Of a stretch of DNA of 24,556 nucleotides, positions 16,853 to 24,556 are shown piece after piece (positions within the stretch are counted from its first letter, which is position 1; every line of letters starts with the position of its first letter). The notes under the pieces are model-generated. The model did not search any database and was not told where the DNA came from. It was given only the letters and a program-made list of their open reading frames with translations. Both the position numbers and the translations under genes were made by a program. The stretch comes from Escherichia phage Ec1-ASingh. The stretch lies in sequence record PQ561395; one strand, 5' to 3'.

Positions 16853-18822
16853 TAATCCCCTTTCAGATAATCAGCAACACGTTTATCGAGTTCCGCCATC
16901 TGCTTAAGCGTGAGCGGATTCCCGAAACCATCTACAGATATTACGCGAAACTCCTCTGGTGATATACCGCTGTTGCGGAAAATCTTACCGCGGGTCGGCC
17001 CGAGTGCTTCATCGACGAACCACGCCGGTTGTTGTTTAAGGAACTCGTAATAGGTGGTGTCCGCGCTTACCTGAGTACCACCGTCTGCACCCTTAGCCGC
17101 ACGTTTTGCACCTTTATCGAGGAAGTCGAACTCGGAACTGATTACCGGAGCCGTGGTACTTCGGCACCCAAAATGTGCTGGCGGCATCGGCCCTTTACCG
17201 ATTTCCCACGTCATTCCGTCTCTGGCCCTGCAATTCTTGACTATCGCACTACCTGCTGTATAATATCCTTGACTACTAGAGAGGGTATAAACATGGCACG
17301 TTCTAAACTCGACGCTTATGCGGATGATATTTGTTCTTTGTACCGAGATGGCACTCCCGCCAGCATCATAGCCAAGAATTACGGCGTCACTACCACCACG
17401 GTAACAACATTTCTCAAGAAGCTCGGACTCATGCATGATCGACCCCGGGGTTGGGTTTCTAACGACACCATTTTGAATCAAAAAAGGGCTATAGAATTGT
17501 TCGAGTCCGGCGTCCCGCCTATTGAGTGCATAAGAAGGACCCAAGTAAGCAAAACAGTTTTCTATTCTATGGTCAAAACACTTGGCCTCGCTAAGCGCGG
17601 GCACACTCACAGGACATTCACCCCGGAGGAGAAAATCGCCAGAGCTATCGTCCGACAGCAAAGCGGCGCTATGAATAAGACTGAAACCCTCGCTTTTGAA
17701 TTGTTTAATTCCGCTGGCGTGGACGTAGTTCCGCAGTTTGCAATCGGCCCGTACAATGTCGATTTTGCCATTGAGTCCCACTCCATCGCCATAGAAATCT
17801 GTTGCCGCGGGACTCGTGCTTACCATTTTCCTGATGGGGAAATCAGCGAGCGTATTAAAAATATAATCCGCTCTGGCTGGCATGTTTATGTTCTTCACTG
17901 TTTCGAGCACAGTCACTTTGTCAACAGTGGTATACAAGACATGCTTAGTTGGGTCGAGTTCATCAAGCGGAGTCCATCCGTATTGCGTGAGTACAGGGTG
18001 TTTCGGGGTGCCACTGAACTTCTCGCCGTTGGAAAGTTCGATGGTAAGGATTTTTCCTGAATAGAGTCCGCGCATTACCGCGTCCATCCCCGCGATGGGC
18101 GCTAATTCTGTTTCAGCCGTGAAACACGTTGTACTGGTACGGCTGTCCAGCGTTGACACCCATTCGTACTTCTCGATGATGTCGTCGTTCTGGCGGTACG
18201 TCTCGTTACGTGCTTCGTTGGATACGTGCGACAGCGCGGTGCGTATTACGGTAGCTGCGTTACGTTCAGAGATATCAGCCAGGCCACCAGCACCAACAAC
18301 ATTCTTAACAATCTGCCGTGTTGTCTGGCCTTGTACAAAGCCCATCTTAACGCCTGTTACAAGGCGCGCGACTTCTGTTTCCCCCCAGCCCGACATCAGC
18401 TTAGTGAAGTCAACTGGCTTGTCGCTTAATGATAATGGCTGAAACTCGGCGGCGGACCACACCTGTTCAGCGGTCGGGGTAACAAATTCCGCATTAACGT
18501 TAGCCGTGAGTGTCTTCACATTCCACTCAGCCTCATACGCTGCAAGCTCCTTAAGGTCTTCCGTCAGCTTTGTCCGCCAGTCACCAGTAAGCCCTGTCAA
18601 TGCTTCTTCAAGGTCGAGTAACAGTTTATTCAGTCGCGCAGTGCTCCGCCCGTCGTCGCCGAATAACAGCACCTGCCGTTTGATTTCGTCCCGCATCTCC
18701 TTAATGAACGGCGCGAGGTCTTTCACCTCACCGGATGCAGTGCGTTGCAGCCATATCTGGTGGCTGATTAGAGATGTAAGTAAGCTCATAGATAAACCCT
18801 GTGGCGCTAAAGTTAATAGCAT
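16852..18822 (-). CDS. head morphogenesis protein (Mu F / SPP1 gp7-like) interrupted by an in-frame intein
   Basis: 656 aa. Exteins carry YEWVSTLDSRTSTT | CRARDGMTWEIGKGPMPPAHFGCRSTT, i.e. the family LD.RT...CR..DG ... PP.H..CR pattern is restored only after removing residues 233-530. Confidence 0.8.
   Translation of the reverse strand: MLLTLAPQGLSMSLLTSLISHQIWLQRTASGEVKDLAPFIKEMRDEIKRQVLLFGDDGRSTARLNKLLLDLEEALTGLTGDWRTKLTEDLKELAAYEAEWNVKTLTANVNAEFVTPTAEQVWSAAEFQPLSLSDKPVDFTKLMSGWGETEVARLVTGVKMGFVQGQTTRQIVKNVVGAGGLADISERNAATVIRTALSHVSNEARNETYRQNDDIIEKYEWVSTLDSRTSTTCFTAETELAPIAGMDAVMRGLYSGKILTIELSNGEKFSGTPKHPVLTQYGWTPLDELDPTKHVLYTTVDKVTVLETVKNINMPARADYIFNTLADFPIRKMVSTSPAATDFYGDGVGLNGKIDIVRADCKLRNYVHASGIKQFKSEGFSLIHSAALLSDDSSGDFLLRGECPVSVPALSEAKCFDHRIENCFAYLGPSYALNRRDAGLEQFYSPFLIQNGVVRNPTPGSIMHESELLEKCCYRGGSDAVILGYDAGGSAISVQRTNIIRISVEFRTCHVYTLSSSQGYYTAGSAIVKNCRARDGMTWEIGKGPMPPAHFGCRSTTAPVISSEFDFLDKGAKRAAKGADGGTQVSADTTYYEFLKQQPAWFVDEALGPTRGKIFRNSGISPEEFRVISVDGFGNPLTLKQMAELDKRVADYLKGD
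17237..17264 (+). promoter_or_regulatory. near-consensus sigma70 promoter (TTGACT-16nt-TATAAT) for the nested plus-strand gene
   Basis: Read directly; lies ~29 nt upstream of ATG 17293, with GAGAGGG SD at 17279-17285. Sits inside the intein block-G coding sequence on the opposite strand. Confidence 0.5.
17293..18060 (+). CDS. HTH-HTH + Vsr/DUF559-like (PD-(D/E)XK) endonuclease, putative homing endonuclease, nested antisense within the intein
   Basis: 255 aa from ATG 17293 (track ORF opens at 17029). Two HTH-like segments (GTPASIIAKNYGVTTTTVTTFLKKLG; GVPPIECIRRTQVSKTVFYSMVKTLG); C-terminal VVPQFAIGPYNVDFAIESHSIAIE...ERIKNIIRSGWHVYVL matches the DUF559/Vsr-like pattern. Own promoter and SD. 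Confidence 0.6.
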   Translation: MARSKLDAYADDICSLYRDGTPASIIAKNYGVTTTTVTTFLKKLGLMHDRPRGWVSNDTILNQKRAIELFESGVPPIECIRRTQVSKTVFYSMVKTLGLAKRGHTHRTFTPEEKIARAIVRQQSGAMNKTETLAFELFNSAGVDVVPQFAIGPYNVDFAIESHSIAIEICCRGTRAYHFPDGEISERIKNIIRSGWHVYVLHCFEHSHFVNSGIQDMLSWVEFIKRSPSVLREYRVFRGATELLAVGKFDGKDFS

Positions 18823-18846
18823 ACTATAAGAAAACCCCTTTCGGGG
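18823..18846 (-). terminator. terminator-like hairpin abutting the head-morphogenesis start codon
   Basis: Minus-strand CCCC-GAAA-GGGG followed by TTTTCTTATAGT and then ATG at 18822; lies between portal stop (18859) and the Mu F-like start. Confidence 0.4.
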
Positions 18847-18858
18847 CTATATGTGAAC

Positions 18859-20340
18859 TTACTGCTGAGTGCCATCTTGTTGCCGCGCCGACTGCGGAAT
18901 CTCTCCTACCACCTGAGTAACAGCACCTAACGGCAGAGGTGCGTCCTCAATAGCGTTCTGAATATCCTCGTCGGTCCAGTCAGTCACCCCTGCTTTACGC
19001 AACGCGGCGTAGTAAGCTGTAGCCGGTAACAGGCCTGCGTTAATATCCACCATCCACTGTGCACGGTCCTGAGCGGTCATCGGTTGCAGGAAGAACTCCA
19101 TGTTAAGTTTGAACTCAATCTCTGTGCCTTCACGCAACCCTAGCATCGCAGCCACCCAGCGCAACGAATCGGTGTACGCCATGCTTACGTTACGTGCGAT
19201 TGTCGCCATAACAGACGTATCCGCACCACGTTGCAGGCGGGCAGATTCAGCGGTTATTTGCTGCGTCGGGGTGATAAGCTGCGCGCCAATCTGGATGGCC
19301 TGATTCTCTTTATCCAGCATGTTCTGCTTAGCCAGGTTGTTCTCCTCTGCCTGAACCAGAAACGCGTTGCCGCCGTACCCGATGTTATGGCCTGAACGTG
19401 ACCCCATGCGCACGCCGTGTGGGTTGGCCTCTTTCCACTGTTCCATGCTCATGTTCTCGCCCGGGGCGATGAACAGAGTGGGCTGGCCTACAACGAAACT
19501 GGACTCTTCATTGTCCGCGCTGTTACGGAAATGCCCGATATTCAGCTCAGCTAACGGTAGCAAAGGTGCGTCGTCGATGGTGGCATCGTTGTTGCTTGCC
19601 CCGATGAACGTGAACGGGATTTTGCCGCGTAACTGTTCGCCAAGTTCAGGGAATATTTCGATTACTTCGCCCTGCGCGCCACCTTCGGCATCGAAGCGGT
19701 AAATGCGCTGGCGGTAGCGCCCGTCGATCAAATCGAGAACGCGGTATTGCTCACCGAATTTTGTTTCGAACTCTGCGCCCAGTTCCGAGTATTCCCACAC
19801 CTCGCGCAACACAACCATCGTCACGCGGTTAACAGAACCGACGCGAGTCAGTCGCCAGTTGATGATGTTCTCTGCGGTATAGAACGCAATGACCGGGTTT
19901 AATAGTCCCGCGTTCTGTTCGGCTGCCGTTGCTGCGGCGGTCTCTGGTGCATCAACCAGCAACCCGCCACGACCTACCGAGTCAATTTCCATCAAAGTAT
20001 CCTGCGCGTGCTGCCATAGCCCGACGCCCGAACCGTCAGCGTTGCGTAACAGGTACTCAAGTTCAGGCGGGATAATCTGCTCAGGGTCTTTACGCATAAC
20101 ACTGCCGACCATCCCCGCCAGGGTACGTTTAGTGAAGTTGTAGCAGATAGCGCCGTTCTCGTATTCTTCCTGGCGCTGTGCCGCATAGGTCGGGTCAGGC
20201 TCGTTCTTCCCGACGTTGCGCAGATAGCGAATAAGGTCGCCTTCCAGCGCGTGGCGTACCTTCTGCCATTTATCGAAGTGATGCAGCCATTCCCGGTGTT
20301 TTGTCTTAACACCCTGATTCTGACCGTTCATAGTTAACAT
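18859..20340 (-). CDS. portal protein
   Basis: 493 aa; position between terminase/HNH and head morphogenesis gene; size and composition typical of portals. Confidence 0.75.
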   Translation of the reverse strand: MLTMNGQNQGVKTKHREWLHHFDKWQKVRHALEGDLIRYLRNVGKNEPDPTYAAQRQEEYENGAICYNFTKRTLAGMVGSVMRKDPEQIIPPELEYLLRNADGSGVGLWQHAQDTLMEIDSVGRGGLLVDAPETAAATAAEQNAGLLNPVIAFYTAENIINWRLTRVGSVNRVTMVVLREVWEYSELGAEFETKFGEQYRVLDLIDGRYRQRIYRFDAEGGAQGEVIEIFPELGEQLRGKIPFTFIGASNNDATIDDAPLLPLAELNIGHFRNSADNEESSFVVGQPTLFIAPGENMSMEQWKEANPHGVRMGSRSGHNIGYGGNAFLVQAEENNLAKQNMLDKENQAIQIGAQLITPTQQITAESARLQRGADTSVMATIARNVSMAYTDSLRWVAAMLGLREGTEIEFKLNMEFFLQPMTAQDRAQWMVDINAGLLPATAYYAALRKAGVTDWTDEDIQNAIEDAPLPLGAVTQVVGEIPQSARQQDGTQQ

Positions 20341-20344
20341 TGTC

Positions 20345-20959
20345 TTACTCCGTAGTTAGTTTACGATATACAGCCGCGCACTTTCGCCCGCAGGTGACAC
20401 GAGGTTTATAGCGGTTATGCTCGTGAGTAGCGCCGCAGACGGGGCATATAGCTGTTACGTTATCTACCCCCGAAGCCCGTCTATGGGCTGCTAAGCATCT
20501 TTTAGAACAAAAACAATTCTCGCCCTTTGTCGGTATAGCCGTAAACTCTTTATTGCAATAAGAGCATATTTTTTCAATCTTAACGCGAAGTTTGTCTTTT
20601 GTGGCTTCGTAATGTGCCTTATGCCACTGCCGGCCTGCTTCACTGGCGTGCCACTCTTTAGTTAAATGCTGGTGCTTGCGGCCCATTTCGGCAGACCTGG
20701 CACGCGCTTCATCAGTAGAGAAATGCAGATAGCTATGGTCTGACGCCGAGAGCATCTCTAGATTTTCTATTTGATTATTTGAGCGGTCTTCGTCTTTATG
20801 GTGGATGTCATACCCTTCGGGGATTTCCCCGTTGAAATACGACCATACAACCCTGTGCAGCCTTTTAACAATTGACGAGTTCATAAAATAGTTACCACAC
20901 AAATAGTAACGCGTACCGTTAAATTCTTGGATTGCTGGGGATATAACTTTTACTCGCAT
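20345..20959 (-). CDS. HNH endonuclease with C-terminal Cys-rich zinc-ribbon region
   Basis: ATG at 20959 (MRVKV...) has an AGGAGG SD; track start 20986 is upstream of it. Motif GYDIHHKDEDRSNNQIENLEMLSASDHSYLH is HNH; C-terminus has CSYC...CFC...C...CPVC...C..C. Confidence 0.75.
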   Translation of the reverse strand: MRVKVISPAIQEFNGTRYYLCGNYFMNSSIVKRLHRVVWSYFNGEIPEGYDIHHKDEDRSNNQIENLEMLSASDHSYLHFSTDEARARSAEMGRKHQHLTKEWHASEAGRQWHKAHYEATKDKLRVKIEKICSYCNKEFTAIPTKGENCFCSKRCLAAHRRASGVDNVTAICPVCGATHEHNRYKPRVTCGRKCAAVYRKLTTE

Positions 20960-21015
20960 ATAGCCTCCTGATTGTTTACCTAACAATATCAGTAAGACCG
21001 ATGCGAGTAAATACG

Positions 21016-22251
21016 CTATAACGCGAATCTGACAGGAGTGTTGATAACAGGGCGGACAACAGGGAACAACCTATGCATACAATAACCTAAACTGTCATTC
21101 CAGTCGTCGATAGCCGGGTGAGTTTTAAACTTCTCCGGTTCGCCATTATCGTTATACCCCTGCGTCTCCAGTGACTGCGTTAATTTAGGGCATTTTGAAG
21201 TGTTAACCTTCAAACGGCTATGTGACAAAAGAGCGTTAACCGCGTTTATTCGGTCTTTAACGAATGGGTTCTTACTTGGAGCGTTAACACGCAAGCCGGC
21301 TTTTTCTATGATACCTATGTCGGATAATGATGCATTAGTGTGACCTGAGCGGCCTGATGCGTCGGGGTAAACCGTAACCGTATGGCCCGGATACCGTATC
21401 CTGACATTATTGACGAAGTCGTCGGTATTATGGCTGACAAACTCATCAACAACCGTCGGGTTGCCGTCTTCGATAACGCTCACGGTGGCGCAACAGCCGC
21501 CGATGTTAAAGTCCAGCCCTATGTGCAGAGCGTCTCCATTCTGCAAGGCGCGGGTGGAGTCATGTGTGCTTCGTTTGAAATAGTGGTACACCTTATTGGC
21601 AGTCAAACTGACAAATTCACCGTTGATATACATATCAGCCAAAGCCGCGTCGTAGTTCCTTCGTATCTGCTCGACGTAGCCTTCAGGTAAATATGGGTTC
21701 GACAATGTAGATGCCTTAATCAGTTCCGTAGAACTGTCGGCGTTAGTAACCCAATAGTCATACACAAATCCGGAGAATCCCTGGTCAGGTGTAGTCACGG
21801 CGGCAATACTGTTCCCACCCCTACATGGTTGTCGGGTACGCTCTGAAATCTTACGCCACACCAGAGACGCCTGTTCTTTAGTGAGAACGTCAAGTTCATC
21901 GGCGACAGAATGGGCTACTTCAAAAGCGATTAGACGATTCGGGTTGTCATATGACCTGAAAAACATAGTACCGTACCCCTTAACGTGGATACTGTATTCC
22001 GATTTGTTGAGGTCGTACTTAAGCCCCATCATATTCAGGTCGTCAATCACACCAGGGATGGCGCGCAGCTTCAACAGGTCATACGTAGGCATAGTGTATA
22101 GAGTGTTTATCCCGCGCTCGCGCAACATAAGATACAAAAGGCGCATCGTTGCCGCGCGGGACTTACCCGCCCCCAGTCCCGCGACAATAGCTGGATGTGT
22201 CTTTGTGCTGAATACAAAGTCCTGTTGTGGCTCTGTTAATGGGATATCCAT
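21016..22251 (-). CDS. terL: terminase large subunit
   Basis: 411 aa; Walker A-like AGLGAGKS near N-terminus; start overlaps terS stop (TAATG). Confidence 0.85.
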   Translation of the reverse strand: MDIPLTEPQQDFVFSTKTHPAIVAGLGAGKSRAATMRLLYLMLRERGINTLYTMPTYDLLKLRAIPGVIDDLNMMGLKYDLNKSEYSIHVKGYGTMFFRSYDNPNRLIAFEVAHSVADELDVLTKEQASLVWRKISERTRQPCRGGNSIAAVTTPDQGFSGFVYDYWVTNADSSTELIKASTLSNPYLPEGYVEQIRRNYDAALADMYINGEFVSLTANKVYHYFKRSTHDSTRALQNGDALHIGLDFNIGGCCATVSVIEDGNPTVVDEFVSHNTDDFVNNVRIRYPGHTVTVYPDASGRSGHTNASLSDIGIIEKAGLRVNAPSKNPFVKDRINAVNALLSHSRLKVNTSKCPKLTQSLETQGYNDNGEPEKFKTHPAIDDWNDSLGYCMHRLFPVVRPVINTPVRFAL

Positions 22252-22763
22252 TACTCGCCCCCCGGTTTAACAGCATTAACGAAACGAATCTCGATAGGTT
22301 CGGAACCCTCGCCAATCAATTCTTCTTTCTTATTCAGCCCCAGTTTAGCGGCAGCAAATGTAGCAGAGATGCCCGCGGCACCTGTCTCGGTGAAGTATGC
22401 CTCTTCCAGCGCTTGAGCTGTTTCCCAGGCTTCCGCAAATGCGGGAATCTCACGCAGCCACAGCTTAATAATCGGGATAGTGACGCCGATGTGTAAGGCG
22501 AAGCGGGCCAGTGACGGTGGCTTATCCTGAATCAGCGGACGTTCGTCACCCTTAGACGTAGGCACAAGTTCCCACGACGTGCGGTCGAAGAAACGAACCA
22601 ATTCGTCGCAATAGTCCGGGTCCCACAACGCAGCGGAATTACGGGATGATTGATAAAGGCTCTGTTTACCGCGCGGTCGTCTACGGCGACGATTTGCGCT
22701 AACAGCTTCTTCATGTGCAGCTTGCACCACCTCTGGCGATGGCTGCTTAAGTTTCAGCTTCAT
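22251..22763 (-). CDS. terS: terminase small subunit
   Basis: Directly upstream of and overlapping terL; basic region RRRRRPRGK. Preferred start is ATG 22763 (MKLKLKQ, AAGGGGA SD); track ORF begins at GTG 22802. Confidence 0.6.
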   Translation of the reverse strand: MKLKLKQPSPEVVQAAHEEAVSANRRRRRPRGKQSLYQSSRNSAALWDPDYCDELVRFFDRTSWELVPTSKGDERPLIQDKPPSLARFALHIGVTIPIIKLWLREIPAFAEAWETAQALEEAYFTETGAAGISATFAAAKLGLNKKEELIGEGSEPIEIRFVNAVKPGGE

Positions 22764-22854
22764 AGAATCCCCTTGCATATGCGTCTGACCATCAGAGCGC
22801 ACCAGACGCGCCCTACGCGCCTAAAGGGATTATATAAGGGGATTGGGCGAGATG

Positions 22855-22882
22855 TACAGAAAAGCCCTCCGTAGAGGGTTTG
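22855..22882 (-). terminator. terminator-like hairpin upstream of terS
   Basis: AAAGCCCTC-CGTA-GAGGGTTT hairpin; on the minus strand followed by CTTTTCT; separates the small-gene operon from terS. Confidence 0.35.
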
Positions 22883-22982
22883 TATCAGTTATATAGGCCG
22901 TGTCTTGGCGCTCTTTTACCATCTCCGCCGTAATGGTCGTTAGCTACGGGAATGGTCCAGGCGTTAGGGATGATTAGTAGTC

Positions 22983-23165
22983 TCATTTGAAAAACCACAA
23001 AAGGATGCCTGCGATGCCAGATAACCCCATGCCTAAAAACATAGGCCACCACAGATAGCGAGGAAGACTGTTAAACAAAGTCGGTTGTCTTATCAGCACA
23101 CCGAGAAAGGCCAACCAAAACACCAGGTCGCCCGCAGCATTTGTAGCCCTCAAAATCTCAATCAT
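22983..23165 (-). CDS. small membrane protein (two predicted TM helices; holin-like, uncertain)
   Basis: 60 aa; hydrophobic stretches LVFWLAFLGVLI and WWPMFLGMGLSGIAGILLWFF; ATGA overlap with upstream gene. Confidence 0.4.
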   Translation of the reverse strand: MIEILRATNAAGDLVFWLAFLGVLIRQPTLFNSLPRYLWWPMFLGMGLSGIAGILLWFFK

Positions 23166-23398
23166 TCCTCACTCTCCTCTTTAGCAATGCGTTGTTCTGT
23201 TTTAGTGACGCCCCGGCGCGTAAATAACACCGGGCTTGTCTTAACGTGCGTCATCAGACGGTTGTTATAAATTACGTGGCGCTCGCAATCAACGTCTTTG
23301 CTGTACTTCGCAATCGTCATTTCGTTGATGCCGGTTTGTCGGCATGTCTCCGCCATCGTGCCAAATTCTTTAATCAGGTTCGGAATGCTGGTAATCAT
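23162..23398 (-). CDS. putative HTH DNA-binding protein
   Basis: Track ORF starts at GTG 23422; ATG 23398 (MITSIPNL...) has a GAGGAA SD. Segment FGTMAETCRQTGINEMTIAKYSK looks like a helix-turn-helix. Confidence 0.4.
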   Translation of the reverse strand: MITSIPNLIKEFGTMAETCRQTGINEMTIAKYSKDVDCERHVIYNNRLMTHVKTSPVLFTRRGVTKTEQRIAKEESEE

Positions 23399-23571
23399 CC
23401 TAAGAAATTCCTCGTTGTCCACATCGCATTCGGATATTTGTTATCACGGTCCTGCACCACGGCAACCATGTTTCCTCGTTGCACCAGGCAGAAGTGCCGT
23501 TGTTGCTCACCGTTATAGCGCCGCCAGATTGCTTCTTCGATTGCAGCGTTGATGTCACTGAACATTAGTAT

Positions 23572-23754
23572 CTACCCCACTATCTCATCACCGAGCCACG
23601 CCGTTTCTCGTATATCATCAACCACACATGCGGCGTGCTCGCGGCTAATTGCAAAAATGTAGAAGCTAAACTTCTTCCCGTCGGCGTCGATGTGGTTAAC
23701 TGAGTAGGGTTTCCACAGGACGCCATCAATTACTACTGGCTTAGGCGACTCCAT
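23572..23754 (-). CDS. hypothetical protein
   Basis: Track ORF 23572-23838 overlaps the upstream gene by ~100 nt; the internal ATG at 23754 (MESPKPVVIDGVLWKPY...) with GGTGA upstream reduces overlap to 14 nt. Start uncertain. Confidence 0.3.
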   Translation of the reverse strand: MESPKPVVIDGVLWKPYSVNHIDADGKKFSFYIFAISREHAACVVDDIRETAWLGDEIVG

Positions 23755-23989
23755 ACGCTTCACCACATTTAATGCACGTGGCTCGATGTAACCCGCCAAC
23801 CACATGTAAGTAGTAGTCATGCGCACAAGGCTTTTCACCCTCTTTCAACTTATCAAGCAGCAACTTAAACGCCTCCAGTTGAAACTCACCGTTAATTGAC
23901 AGTTGCCTGCCTAACGTCTGTTTCTCCGACTCAAGCACCAGAATACGGCGCTCAAGCGATGCAATTGTGATTTTAGGCATTGGTGCCAC
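23741..23989 (-). CDS. hypothetical protein (C-terminal Cys/His cluster)
   Basis: 82 aa; C-terminal CAHDYYLHVVGGLHRATCIKCG. Confidence 0.4.
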   Translation of the reverse strand: MAPMPKITIASLERRILVLESEKQTLGRQLSINGEFQLEAFKLLLDKLKEGEKPCAHDYYLHVVGGLHRATCIKCGEAYGVA

Positions 23990-24158
23990 CTTTGTTCAGG
24001 TTGAAGCGGTTAATCAGTTCCCGGCGAGTCTCGTAAAGCGACTCCACCATTTGTTCCGCCGCGGCGATTTTAGTATTCAGGACGTGCATCACATGGCTAA
24101 TGTCTACGCCGCCGTTAACGGCCTCAACCATCATCTTTTCGTATTCACGGTCAGTCAT
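23973..24158 (-). CDS. hypothetical protein
   Basis: 61 aa ORF; start overlaps the stop of an upstream small ORF (ATGA-type coupling). Confidence 0.4.
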   Translation of the reverse strand: MTDREYEKMMVEAVNGGVDISHVMHVLNTKIAAAEQMVESLYETRRELINRFNLNKGGTNA

Positions 24159-24312
24159 TTTTACGCTCTCCCCACATGCGATTGAGATACTTGTTCTTGT
24201 CCGGCCCCGGGAAACTGTTACGTTTCATCAGCTCCTCGCGTGTCGGGAACGGGGTGTGATTGACTTTACGGCCTACTCGTAACGGTTGGCTTACTTCACC
24301 TTGTTCGCTCAT
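24151..24312 (-). CDS. hypothetical small protein (53 aa)
   Basis: Hand-translated MSEQGEVSQPLRVGRKVNHTPFPTREELMKRNSFPGPDKNKYLNRMWGERKND; below track cutoff; coupled to neighbours by overlapping start/stop. Confidence 0.3.
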   Translation of the reverse strand: MSEQGEVSQPLRVGRKVNHTPFPTREELMKRNSFPGPDKNKYLNRMWGERKND

Positions 24313-24458
24313 TTCTTCTCTCCTGCATAAGCTGCTTTCAGTGTCTGCATCGCGGCGAACCAGAACGCGTCCGCTGGAATACTGCTGCTCAGGTTACTAA
24401 CGGCGATACGCGCCATCAGTTGTGCGTCTTTGAATGCTTCGATATCTGTGATTTTCAT
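24309..24458 (-). CDS. hypothetical small protein (49 aa)
   Basis: Hand-translated MKITDIEAFKDAQLMARIAVSNLSSSIPADAFWFAAMQTLKAAYAGEKK; GGAG ~9 nt upstream of ATG 24458; stop overlaps next start. Confidence 0.3.
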   Translation of the reverse strand: MKITDIEAFKDAQLMARIAVSNLSSSIPADAFWFAAMQTLKAAYAGEKK

Positions 24459-24556
24459 TTCTCTCTACTCCGTTCTCGTTGTCGATGGAGTAAATATAAT
24501 AAGGTCCAAGGTAATAGTCAACTAGTCATTACAGAAAATAGATAAAAAAAAATCCC

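Larger units (their letters stand above)
17233..18126 (-). mobile_element. intein (298 aa) within the head morphogenesis protein
   Basis: Starts with Cys (CFTAETEL, block A-like); block B-like GTPKHPVLTQYGWTPLDEL (TxxH); C-terminal block F/G-like HVYTLSSSQGYYTAGSAIVKN ending in Asn, followed by +1 Cys. Junction codons verified in frame with the track ORF. Confidence 0.7.

Noticed and set aside
17029-17292. N-terminal extension of the plus-strand ORF (start at 17029)
   Set aside because: Only a stop-free run antisense to the extein/intein junction. The promoter (17237-17264) and SD lie inside it, and the first ATG with an SD is 17293.
17233-18126. In-frame endonuclease domain within the intein (e.g. 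DFYGDGVGL as a LAGLIDADG-like motif, CFDHRIENC as HNH-like)
   Set aside because: Matches are too weak and isolated and no second motif follows; the convincing nuclease domain is on the opposite strand. A profile search could still overturn this.
24500-24556. AT-rich stretch with an A9 run at the window end
   Set aside because: Probably promoter-proximal intergenic DNA for the minus-strand small-gene operon; it is cut by the window edge and cannot be interpreted.

Overview
This window is a ~24.5 kb stretch of a tailed dsDNA phage (siphovirus-type, lambda/HK97-like layout) covering the packaging-head-tail late region, almost all on the minus strand. Reading minus-strand 5'->3' (high to low coordinates): a run of small overlapping genes (24458->22983), terS, terL, an HNH endonuclease, portal, a Mu F/SPP1 gp7-like head morphogenesis protein, an Ig-like protein, an Rz/Rz1-like spanin pair, scaffold, major capsid, neck/connector proteins, major tail protein, G/GT chaperones, tape measure, and M/L/K/I-like distal tail proteins (the I-like gene runs off the window at position 1). 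Three plus-strand insertions, each with its own sigma70-like promoter, interrupt this backbone: (i) a 4-gene cassette (6101-7879) led by a superinfection-immunity-like membrane protein and an HTH-calcineurin-like metallophosphoesterase; (ii) a single gene (15842-16363) encoding a truncated beta sliding-clamp (DnaN) homolog that keeps the clamp-cleft residues but lacks domain I; (iii) an HTH + Vsr/DUF559-like nuclease gene (17293-18060) nested antisense inside an intein (17233-18126) that splits the head morphogenesis gene at its conserved LDSRT..CR..DG motif. Insertions (i) and (ii) share a near-identical 33-bp promoter element and similar terminators. No rRNA, tRNA or CRISPR array was seen. 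All calls come from reading the six-frame translations and the DNA by eye; no database search or folding program was run, and E. coli/lambda reference sequences and Pfam names are quoted from memory. Motif coordinates outside ORF boundaries may be off by 1-2 nt.
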